DNA of 64,000 nt from an uncultured Gemmatimonadales bacterium (GTDB lineage Bacteria > Gemmatimonadota > Gemmatimonadetes > Gemmatimonadales > GWC2-71-9). Within the stretch, counting starts at the first letter, position 1, and each line of letters opens with the position of its first letter. The notes under the pieces were generated by a model that saw nothing but the letters and a program-made list of their open reading frames with translations, did no database searches and was not told the origin of the DNA. The stretch lies in contig CAVUAK010000002.1 in assembly GCA_963739455.1 (NCBI GenBank), positions 320,001-384,000 of the forward strand, given 5' to 3'. Positions 52,663 to 60,876 of the stretch are shown one piece after another. Position numbers and translations under genes: made by a program.

Positions 52663-53087
52663 GCGGCGCGAGCCTCACGAGGGAGCAGGTCGCCTCTCGC
52701 CGGGATGCCCTGCGCCCGCAGGTACGCGTCCATCGTCGGGGCCACCACGAGCGCCGCTCGCCCACTCATCCGGCAGAGCCCGCTGCTGTCGAGGTAGTGC
52801 CCCCTCGGGACGTTGTCGTACGGCGCGATGACGTCGAGGAGCGGCCAGTAGTGCCGGGCGATCCATCGGGCCTCCTGCCACGAGATCGGCATCCAGCGCC
52901 GCCCCTCCGGCGTCACGAGGATCGTCTCCGGTAGCTCGCCGCGACTGAACCGCAGCGGAATGCTGAGCACGGCAGTGAAGTAGTTCGCTGGGAGCTTGCC
53001 CCCACGCGGGAACGGGATAGAATCGCGGCACGTCATACGGCACCCCTGATCGGTGTTGTATCGCGAGCCGGAGGGGCGGCGCGTCAA
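52659..53087 (-). CDS. Hypothetical protein; start uncertain
   Basis: Stop overlaps the next GTG; globular-like composition. Confidence 0.5.
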   Translation of the reverse strand: MTRRPSGSRYNTDQGCRMTCRDSIPFPRGGKLPANYFTAVLSIPLRFSRGELPETILVTPEGRRWMPISWQEARWIARHYWPLLDVIAPYDNVPRGHYLDSSGLCRMSGRAALVVAPTMDAYLRAQGIPARGDLLPREARAA

Positions 53088-53109
53088 CGCTGCCTCCCGG
53101 CGTGTTGTT

Positions 53110-53469
53110 TTACAGCATGTCCGGCGACCACACGTCGGACGCCAACTCCGCCTCCCGCGCCTGTGTCAGCCGCAGGACCATGTCGTTCAACTCGGCAACG
53201 ACCTCGGCCAGCACCTCGCTCGCCTCGCCCATCGGCGCCGGGTCGTCCCGCCCTTCGATCGCCGCGAGATAGCCCTCGAACTCCTGCCGGTGCATGTCGA
53301 GGCTGCGCTTCACCCGCTCCATCTGCTCGCGGTCGTTCACCAGCTTGTTGATGCACGAGCGCAGGACGCGAGGCGCACCGCGCCGGAGCCGGGGCTGTCC
53401 GGTCAGGTTCCCGCCCTGTCGCGCCACCGCTGCCAACTGCGCAGTGATCGGGTCGTGCGTGGTGCTCAC
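53110..53469 (-). CDS. Coiled-coil hypothetical protein
   Basis: AGGAGG SD before GTG. Confidence 0.65.
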   Translation of the reverse strand: MSTTHDPITAQLAAVARQGGNLTGQPRLRRGAPRVLRSCINKLVNDREQMERVKRSLDMHRQEFEGYLAAIEGRDDPAPMGEASEVLAEVVAELNDMVLRLTQAREAELASDVWSPDML

Positions 53470-53644
53470 GGTGATGCCTCCTGTTGCGTCCTCAGCGCCT
53501 CGCTGGCGCGTCGTCGCGATCTACTCCGGTATCCTCCGGCCCTCGCGTCGTTCCCTCGGCAGCGGGGCGATGGCGTCGGCGTGTGCATCCGCCGCCTCGT
53601 GCGCCCGCGTAGTCAAGTGGATCAACGCACAAGGCACGTCGCAC

Positions 53645-53674
53645 ACTCTACGTGTGGCGCCACCCGCTGTGCAA
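53645..53674 (-). promoter_or_regulatory. Promoter of the element's small-gene operon
   Basis: TTGCAC-N18-TAGAGT. Confidence 0.5.
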
Positions 53675-53684
53675 CGCACCGAAA

Positions 53685-53923
53685 GTTGACAGTCCGGTCG
53701 CTGCGTTTCCCTCTCCGGGCGCGTTGGCGCGTTAGCGCACTTTTAGGGGAACTTTCTCTATAGAAATCTCTTATAGGGGTTACCTCAAAACTGTGCCGAC
53801 GTGTCAACCTGTCCGGCGTTTTCCGACGCTTCCCCCCACGTAGAACGCGTTAACGCGATTTCCCGGGAATCTCCCCGCTACCGCACAATCCCTGGAGGTT
53901 TCGGAAAAGCGTGTCAACGTGTC
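53685..53923. other. Candidate replication origin
   Basis: AT-richer core 53739-53792; CGTGTCAAC(C/G)TGTC at 53800 and 53910; inverted GTTGACA at 53685; directly downstream of the helicase. Confidence 0.5.
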
Positions 53924-55414
53924 TCACCACCCATCTGTCGGGTCGCGGGGCAGTTGCACGCGCACGCCGAGCCAGCCGCGCACGCCGTTCAGCTTGTGGG
54001 GTCGGAGGCCGAAATTCGGCAGGTGCCGCCCGAGCTTCGTCGAGGTCATCGGCTCCTCGCCGTCGCCCATCGCGAACGCCTGATAGGCCGTCAGCAAGTC
54101 TTTCGACGTCGTGAACGCCGCCGGGTCCATCTCGCACTGCTCGTCGAGGAACCCGCCGATCCGGTCGTTGTTCGTCCGGTGCTGCTTCGTCGCGGCGTCC
54201 ACGATCGCACACGGCGGCAGTCGTCCCGGCGCGGTCGGCTGTTTCGGCCCGTCGTCACCGCCCTCGCCCCGGCGCCATGCCAGCGCGCCCCGGACGATCC
54301 ACGCGAGGATGCCCTCGGCCTCCGCCTGCAGCTTCTCCTCCAGCTGGAGATCGCGTTCCTCCTCCGGCACCGTGACGCTGAACGGCACCAGCCGCAGCCG
54401 CCGCCAGATGCCGTCGTCCGTCCCTCGCACCTTCGGCACGCTGTTCGTCGCCAGCATCGGCAGGTGCCTCGGCACGAAGTCGAAGAACTCGTGATAGAGC
54501 CGCCGGGCGCTGACCATGCTGCCGCCCGTCTGCACCTTGATCTTCGCCTCGGCCAACTCCACTTCCTCCGGCGTCTCCTCACACGAGACGAGGCGGCGAC
54601 CCACCGTCTTGGCGAGGTCGTTCGGCACGTCGCTGCCCTTGCCGACGAACAGCGTTAGCGGCCCCGCGATCGCGTACTCCCCGAACGCATGCGTGATCGC
54701 TCGGAGCAACTTCGTCTTGCCGTTCTGTCCCTTGCCGAAGAAGATCGCCATGATTTCCTCGCTGCCGCCGCCCGCCGCTGCGTACCCCGCGACACACTGC
54801 AGCCAGTGCCGCACCTCCTGATCGGGTTGCGCGTACCGCAGCACCCGCAGGAACAGGGCGCACTCTGCGTCCGGGTCGTACGCGTGCCCCGTCGTGAACG
54901 TGCTGTAGTCCTCGCGGTTATGCGGGCGCAATTCCCCCGTGCGCAGGTCCACCGTCCCGTTGCTGCAGGTGAGCAGGTGGTGCTGCCGGTTGAACAGGTC
55001 GGTCCTCGCCATCAGCAGCGGGTGCGACTTCGCCTGCTGCAGCACGGCGTTGAGCCGCTGCGCGTTGTGGAACTGCGTACTCGCCTTGAGCGCCTTCTGC
55101 CGATCGTCCGCGTTCTCGATCGCGTTTGCCTCCGCCGTCCGCCGCCGTGCTGTTTCCCACGCCCGCCGCGTCGCCGCCTCCTGCGCATCCGGCACCCACC
55201 GCGTCCCGTCCCACGCCATCCACCCCTCGGCCCGGGTATGGCGGAGTGTCGCGTGATGCTGCTCCGCGAAGCGCCTCGCGTACTCCAGATCGGTGAACGG
55301 GCGCTCCCCGTCGATGTCAGCGGCAGACGGCATGCGGCTGATGACTTCCGCTGCCGTGGGCTCTGGGGCGGCGTCAAGCGCGTGCCCGACCTCGGGCTCA
55401 TTGGGCGGCGTCAT
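53924..55414 (-). CDS. D5/P4-family primase C-terminal SF3 helicase
   Basis: WMAWDGTRW, NGTVDLRTGELRPH, Walker A GKGQNGKT, TDDGIWRRL, EAEGILAW. Confidence 0.93.
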   Translation of the reverse strand: MTPPNEPEVGHALDAAPEPTAAEVISRMPSAADIDGERPFTDLEYARRFAEQHHATLRHTRAEGWMAWDGTRWVPDAQEAATRRAWETARRRTAEANAIENADDRQKALKASTQFHNAQRLNAVLQQAKSHPLLMARTDLFNRQHHLLTCSNGTVDLRTGELRPHNREDYSTFTTGHAYDPDAECALFLRVLRYAQPDQEVRHWLQCVAGYAAAGGGSEEIMAIFFGKGQNGKTKLLRAITHAFGEYAIAGPLTLFVGKGSDVPNDLAKTVGRRLVSCEETPEEVELAEAKIKVQTGGSMVSARRLYHEFFDFVPRHLPMLATNSVPKVRGTDDGIWRRLRLVPFSVTVPEEERDLQLEEKLQAEAEGILAWIVRGALAWRRGEGGDDGPKQPTAPGRLPPCAIVDAATKQHRTNNDRIGGFLDEQCEMDPAAFTTSKDLLTAYQAFAMGDGEEPMTSTKLGRHLPNFGLRPHKLNGVRGWLGVRVQLPRDPTDGW

Positions 55415-56427
55415 CGTGTGCGCTCCCGAAGCAGTTGCTCGTTGCGTTCGTCCATGAGCCGCTGGTATGCCTGCTCGTATCGCTCTCGCCACGCCGCCCA
55501 CGACACGCCGAACAGCCGCTGCGTCGCCAGATCGTACGCCCGGCGGCGATCACCAGCGGCGTCCAGCGCGACGAGGAGGTCGAAGGCGTTCTTCGCATGC
55601 GTCCGCCCATCGTCACCCGGCTGGGAGAGCGGATCATCGGCGTGATGGACGTAGACCTTGCCCGTGTTCTCGAAGAACTTCACGCCCGGTGCTGACCCAC
55701 GTGCCGCGTGCGGACTGCGCCAGCGATCGCGCCGCCGCTGGTAGCCGTGCTGCGCCAACAACTCCGCCACCGTGATGCTCGCGTTGAACGTCGCGATCAA
55801 CACCTTCACCGGATGCGTGTCGCTCATCGGCGGGCGTTCGCGGCGGCCCGTGTCGATCGGAGCCGGGTCAAACGGCCACTGCTCGTACAACTGCCGCAGC
55901 GCGTCCGGCCACTGCGCCAATCCCTCGACGCGGGGATCGACGCGCCACGTGTAGCGCCCGCCGGTCGCACGCGGGCTCGGCGGCAGGATGTCGTAGCCAC
56001 TCAGCCGCACTTCGAACAGCGTCCGCTCGGGCTCGGGCTCGACCAACTTCTTCACTGTGCGCACCGTCGCGCTGTCGGCCGCGAACATCACCTTTGCCCG
56101 CTCGTGGCCCCGCTCGTCGGTGCGGCCCTCCATCCTCGCGCCCATGTCGAGCCACCCGTCCACGTCCTCGCCCGCCGCGTGCAGCACGGCGCGGGTGCGC
56201 CTGAGATTGTCCACGTCGAGCATCATGGTCTGGCTCGGCGCGTTCACCCCGGCGAAGCCGCAGCCGGGAATCCGCTCGCGCACCTGTTCCAGATGCTCGC
56301 GAGTGCGGAGCACCGCGTCTGGTCGCGCCCACGGGTAGAAGCGCGGCGGCACTTTCGTCCCGGGCACAATGGGGATCAGTCCAATGCCGAGCAGGAAGTA
56401 TTCGGCGTACTCGTCGAGGTCACCCAT
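55411..56427 (-). CDS. Bifunctional DNA primase/polymerase (Prim-Pol) protein
   Basis: LIPIVPGTKVP, MLDVD, YDILPPS...GGRYTW; GGAGG SD. Confidence 0.8.
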   Translation of the reverse strand: MGDLDEYAEYFLLGIGLIPIVPGTKVPPRFYPWARPDAVLRTREHLEQVRERIPGCGFAGVNAPSQTMMLDVDNLRRTRAVLHAAGEDVDGWLDMGARMEGRTDERGHERAKVMFAADSATVRTVKKLVEPEPERTLFEVRLSGYDILPPSPRATGGRYTWRVDPRVEGLAQWPDALRQLYEQWPFDPAPIDTGRRERPPMSDTHPVKVLIATFNASITVAELLAQHGYQRRRDRWRSPHAARGSAPGVKFFENTGKVYVHHADDPLSQPGDDGRTHAKNAFDLLVALDAAGDRRRAYDLATQRLFGVSWAAWRERYEQAYQRLMDERNEQLLRERTR

Positions 56428-56596
56428 CGAATCCTCCGCAGGCATCCGCAGTGCGTGCGGCTCCCTCGGCAGTTGCCGCGTTCGCTGGCGGACGCATCCG
56501 CTGCCCGTGCTGCTCCTCGCGTCGGGCCTCGTACTCCGCGTCACGCCGCAGCCGTCGCAGCAGGCTCTCCAACCGAACCGATTCCCTGCGCTTCAT
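56420..56596 (-). CDS. 58-aa basic protein missing from the ORF track
   Basis: GGAGG SD; MKRRESVRLESLLRRLRRDAEY; overlaps the Prim-Pol start. Confidence 0.5.
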   Translation of the reverse strand: MKRRESVRLESLLRRLRRDAEYEARREEQHGQRMRPPANAATAEGAARTADACGGFDG

Positions 56597-56665
56597 CCCC
56601 GCCTCCCCCGAACACGTTGAGCCCGCACGCCCGATCGTCGGGCGCGCAGGCAGGATTGCTGGTGA

Positions 56666-57169
56666 CTACTTCGGAGCCCGCCCTGCGAGCGTGTCATCCA
56701 CGCAGAGCGCCCGGCCATCGAGCACCGACGCGGCCTGCACCTCCACCCACGCACCCGGCGCGAACGCCGCCATCACCTGCACGCTGCCGTCGCGCTGGAC
56801 CGCACCACAGAGCAGCGAGCCGACCGCGTCCACCGTGACGGTGTCCGCGTACAGCCACATCCAGCAGTCCTCCTCGCCGGTCGGCTCGCGCACCGCCCAG
56901 AAGCGTGACCCGTACCGCGCCGGGGGGAGGGGGAGCCCACGCAGCTTCCGCTGCCGGTCGCGGCGCATCTCCGCCCGCCACGCCTGCGCTTCCTTCGCGG
57001 TGGCGAAACTCCGCTTCTCGCGATGCATCTGCCCGCCCGGCAGCTTCAGGTTCACGGCGGCTTGGTAGGGGAGGTCCGCGTCAGGGCGATGAATCACGCC
57101 CTTGACGTTCCGGGCCTCCGGTCGGCGTGACGCCTTGACCTGCGTCTCCTGCATTCGCATTCTTCCCAT
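56666..57169 (-). CDS. Protein with integrase arm-type (AP2-like) N-terminal domain and unknown C-terminal domain
   Basis: YQAAVNLKLPGGQMHREKRSFATAKEAQAWRAEM pattern; no recombinase catalytic motifs. Confidence 0.6.
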   Translation of the reverse strand: MGRMRMQETQVKASRRPEARNVKGVIHRPDADLPYQAAVNLKLPGGQMHREKRSFATAKEAQAWRAEMRRDRQRKLRGLPLPPARYGSRFWAVREPTGEEDCWMWLYADTVTVDAVGSLLCGAVQRDGSVQVMAAFAPGAWVEVQAASVLDGRALCVDDTLAGRAPK

Positions 57170-57299
57170 CGTCTTTCACTCCCTCGCTGGTGGTGGAACG
57201 ACTCGTCGGCTTGCTCCGTGTGTGGGGCCGACACGCGACACGTGTCAGAAGCGTGTCGCACCCCCGAGCGCCGCCTCCCAAGGGCGGCGTTCGGCTTTC

Positions 57300-57527
57300 T
57301 CAGGCGGCACTGGGTTCCTCACGGCGACGCGGGCCGGGCTGCGGTGCCCTCGCGGCAGCCTCCGCCTTCTGCCGGGCCAGATAGGCCTCGGCGCTCGCCC
57401 GCGTGATCTTCAGCCGCTTTTGCATCACGAACGCTTCCAGCTGGCCCTCCGCGATGAGCCGCTTCAGCGACCGCTTGCTGAAGTCCCATTCCACGCACAG
57501 CGTGTCCGCGTTGATGAGGCCCGTCAC
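57300..57527 (-). CDS. Excisionase-like HTH protein
   Basis: SKRSLKRLIAEGQLEAF...RLKITRASAEAYL; first gene of the replication operon. Confidence 0.75.
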   Translation of the reverse strand: MTGLINADTLCVEWDFSKRSLKRLIAEGQLEAFVMQKRLKITRASAEAYLARQKAEAAARAPQPGPRRREEPSAA

Positions 57528-57582
57528 TCCCGTCTCCCGCCGTTCTCGTGGCACCCTGCCCTCCTGCGTTGCTTCGGTTGGT

Positions 57583-57641
57583 AGAACGCAAAGAGCCCCG
57601 GGTCGCGACGACAGGATCTCTCCTGTCGTGCAACCCGGGGC
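57583..57641 (-). terminator. Attenuator-like hairpin upstream of the excisionase
   Basis: GCCCCGGGTTGCACGACAGGA-GAGA-TCCTGTCGTCGCGACCCGGGGC then TCTTTGCGTTCT. Confidence 0.65.
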
Positions 57642-57870
57642 GATGTGAAATGCGTAGCTCCGGTCCTACTGGATTACGGCGCCGTCTCCTGCGCCGACTC
57701 GGCGTCCATCTCTCGCCGCCCGCCTACCGGCGGGGCTGATCCATGTCGGCTCGGGCGGGTGGTTTCACACCTCCGCATTCGAGCCCTCCTGCGTTGTCGC
57801 GAGTCAATCTGCGCGTTGGTGATCCAAAAGTCAAACGTCCGCTGCGCTCTGCTTCGCTCCGATTTCGTCG

Positions 57871-57899
57871 CGTATAACTGCCGCGAAAAGGATTCACAA
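57871..57899 (-). promoter_or_regulatory. Candidate promoter of the xis-replication operon
   Basis: TTGTGA-N17-TATACG. Confidence 0.4.
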
Positions 57900-58043
57900 A
57901 TTCCGGTGGCATCCGGTGGTGCCTGTGCCTTTCTCCGCCGTTTTCTGCCCTCCGGGACGGGGAGCGACGCGCGACGTTTTCACCAAGCAAATGCGCGTGC
58001 AACATGGGGTTATCCCTGTCGCACGCGCATGTGAAAAGTCTGC

Positions 58044-58083
58044 TTATGAGTCCGCTGCTCTAACCGACTGAGCTAAGGGCCCG
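58044..58083. repeat. att site: orphan 5' half of the tRNA
   Basis: Identical to 47161-47200; identity ends exactly at the end of the anticodon loop. Confidence 0.96.
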
Positions 58084-58094
58084 CGTCCCTTCAA

Positions 58095-58442
58095 CTATCG
58101 CTCGTACTCCTGCTCCAGCGGCTCGACGACCACCGCCGTGCCATAGCACAACACTTCCGTGACGCCCTTCCCGATCTCGGTGGCATCGTAGCGCACGCCA
58201 ACAACAGCGTTCGCCCCTCGTCGATCCGCGTGTGCCATCATGATCTCATACGCCTCATCCCGCGCCTTCTCGCACAGGTCGGTGTAGAGCGAGATGTTGC
58301 CCCCGACAATCGTCTGCAGGCTCGCCCCGATCTGGCCGAATACCGAGCGCGACCGAACCACGATGCCCCGCACGATACCCAGGCTCTGGATGACGCGGTG
58401 GTTCTCGAGCGTGAAGGTCGTCGTCGTCATGTCCGTGTGCAT
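58095..58442 (-). CDS. YbjQ/UPF0145 family protein
   Basis: [22 protein letters not shown]. Confidence 0.93.
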   Translation of the reverse strand: MHTDMTTTTFTLENHRVIQSLGIVRGIVVRSRSVFGQIGASLQTIVGGNISLYTDLCEKARDEAYEIMMAHADRRGANAVVGVRYDATEIGKGVTEVLCYGTAVVVEPLEQEYER

Positions 58443-59524
58443 CAGCTGCTCCCCTGGGCCCGCACTCGCTCATACAGCGCGATGTAGCGCTCCGCCATGA
58501 TAGCCCGCGTGAACTGTTCCTTCACCCGCTGGCGGCCGGCAGCTCCCATCCGTTCCCGCAGTTGCGGATCCCGTCCGAGCGTCTCGAGCGCGCGCGACAT
58601 CGCCTCCACATCGCGGATCGGCACCTCGAGCCCCGTGACGCCAGGGAGGCTCAGCTCACGCACGCCGGTCGGCAACGCCGTGGTGATGACCGCCCGCCCT
58701 GCCGCCATCGCCTCGAGCACTGAGATCCCGAACATCTCGTCGGAGGTTACCGACGGAAGCACCAGGAAGTCAGCATCGGCCATGCGGCGCGGCAGGTCCT
58801 CGTCGGGGTACTCGCCGAACCAGCGCACGCGATCGGCAATGGCGAGTGCCCGGGCCATTGTCTTGAGGCGCGGGGCATCCGGCCCATTGCCGATGACGTC
58901 GAGTCGCACGTCCGACGTCTGCTCCAGCGCCCGCAGCAGGATGTCGAGGCCCTTCCAGCTCGCCAGCCGGCCGATGAAGATGGCCCGGGGCGGCGCTCCT
59001 GGCGGTGGCGGCGGCACGACGTCCCAGCGCGACTCGTCGATGCCGAACGGGATCACCTCGGTCTTCGCCTCGTAGCCGCGCAGGTCAGCCGACAATGCCA
59101 GGTGCGCCCGGCTCGGAACAACGATCGCCTTGGCCTTGCGGAGCACGAGGCGAACCGCCGGGCGGTAGATGCCATGACGGGCGTCGCCGTGGTGCGTTAC
59201 CACCACCGGGGCGCTCCCCGCGCGGAGAAGCACGGCGACATCGGCCAGCACATGGGGATGGTGCACGTGGATGATGTCCGCCCGCTTCCACGCCGCCGCC
59301 AGGTAGCCCGGCGCGATCTCCTGCGACCCGAGGGCGCCCAGCGAATAGGTGCGCGTGACGGTGCTGCGCGAGCGACCGGACTGGCCGGTGCCGAACACGG
59401 ACTCGACCGCGACCACCTGCACGTCGTGTCCGAGCGCCGCGGCACCTTCCGCGAGGCCCTGCACGACCCGCTCCATGCCGCCGGAACGTGGCCAGTAATA
59501 CTTGGCGAGGTGCAGGATCCGCAT
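58442..59524 (-). CDS. Glycosyltransferase family 4
   Basis: [30 protein letters not shown]. Confidence 0.92.
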   Translation of the reverse strand: MRILHLAKYYWPRSGGMERVVQGLAEGAAALGHDVQVVAVESVFGTGQSGRSRSTVTRTYSLGALGSQEIAPGYLAAAWKRADIIHVHHPHVLADVAVLLRAGSAPVVVTHHGDARHGIYRPAVRLVLRKAKAIVVPSRAHLALSADLRGYEAKTEVIPFGIDESRWDVVPPPPPGAPPRAIFIGRLASWKGLDILLRALEQTSDVRLDVIGNGPDAPRLKTMARALAIADRVRWFGEYPDEDLPRRMADADFLVLPSVTSDEMFGISVLEAMAAGRAVITTALPTGVRELSLPGVTGLEVPIRDVEAMSRALETLGRDPQLRERMGAAGRQRVKEQFTRAIMAERYIALYERVRAQGSS

Positions 59525-59708
59525 GCATACCCGTATACGAAGGAAGCAACGCCGTGTCCCATGAATGGGCCGTGCCGCGGCGGCGGGAAGTTGGCCACGT
59601 TGCCGGGCCCGGTCAACCGCGCACTTGGTACCGTGCGACGCGCCAGTAGATTACCCGGACCGTGCAGGCACGGCACCTCACCATTCCCGGCTCCAGCAAC
59701 AGGAATTC

Positions 59709-60844
59709 GTGCGCGCTCTCGTCATCTCAACGGACGCGATTGATCCGTCCCAGCGGGGCAAGCTCCGCGCGCTCGAGGGCATGGGCTGTTCCGTCGCCCT
59801 GGCGGTGCCGGCCGACTGGCCCGAGGGTGGACATCGGGTCGAGTGGGGTTCGGACGGCGGCATCAAGGTCGCGCCCATTCAGGTGCGAGGCGGCGACGAA
59901 CCCGCGTACCCTCCGCTGGCGCGGCGGCGGACTGACCCGGCTCCTCACCGAGTTCCGGCCCGACATCATCCAGGTCGAAGGTGAGCCATGGTGGCCCATC
60001 GCCGCGCGCGCACTGCGGCTCGCCGAGAAGCTCAAGATCCCGGCGGTCCTGGTCGCGAAGCACGAGCGTCCCTGCGCCCCTCAGCTTCGCCGAGCGACTG
60101 CGCCGCGGACGATCGCTCCGTGCCGCCCGCGGGTTCATCGGCATCAATCGTCTCGCGCGCGACCTGCTCCTCCGCGACCGGCCCAACATTCCCCACACCG
60201 TCATTCCGCTTCATGGCGTCAGCGTGCCGGTCCAGGGACGGCCTCGCTCACCCCGCCCCGGCTTCGACATCGGGTTCATCGGACGCCTGGTGCCCGAGCG
60301 CGGCGCCGACCTGCTGATCCGGGCCTGCGCTCGTCTCCGAGGCGACTGGAGCCTGACGCTGGTCGGCACCGGCCCGGAACAGCAGGAACTCGAGGCGCTC
60401 GCGGAGAAGGTGGGCATCGGCTCCCGGGTGCGCTGGCTCGGCGGCATGCCGCGGCACTGGCTCGACTCGGTCTGGCCAACCCTCGACTGCGTTGTGCTCC
60501 CGGCTCGCACGACCCAGCGCTGGGTCGAGCCGGTCGGCCAGGCACTGCTCGACGCGATGGCGCAGGGACTGCCGGTCATCGGAACCGAGTCCGGTGTGCT
60601 GCCTGAGATCATCGGCGACGCGGGCATCGTGGTTGGAGAGGACGACCCGGACGTGCTCGGACTCGCCCTCGAACGCCTGCAGACGATGCCGGACGAACAG
60701 GCGCGTCTCGGCGCTGCCGGGCGTCGGCGGGTCATGGCGGAGTACGTGGACGACGCCATCGCCCGCAAGATGCTGGCCTTCTGGCGCGAGGTCATCGGTG
60801 CCGCGTCCCCGGAAGTGCCGCGCCACGACTCCCCAACACCTTGA
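59709..60844 (+). CDS. Glycosyltransferase family 4 (frameshifts near 59910 and 60070)
   Basis: PDIIQVEGEPW, GFIGRLVPERG, DAMAQGLPVIG. Confidence 0.82.
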
Positions 60845-60876
60845 CTTAGCTCTACTTGCGACGAAACTTCGGCCCC

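Larger units (their letters stand above)
47161..58083. mobile_element. Integrative phage-satellite-like element (predicted excised circle 10,883 bp)
   Basis: 40-bp direct repeats at both ends; tyrosine integrase, excisionase, Prim-Pol and D5 helicase inside. Confidence 0.92.

Noticed and set aside
57882..57900. Rex operator inside the element
   Set aside because: Only one TTCACAA half-site; the other half is out of register.
47161..58083. Lack of visible frameshifts in the element as a sign of high copy number
   Set aside because: Host DNA at 28.8-40 kb is also clean, and errors in unknown ORFs would be invisible. Read depth is needed.
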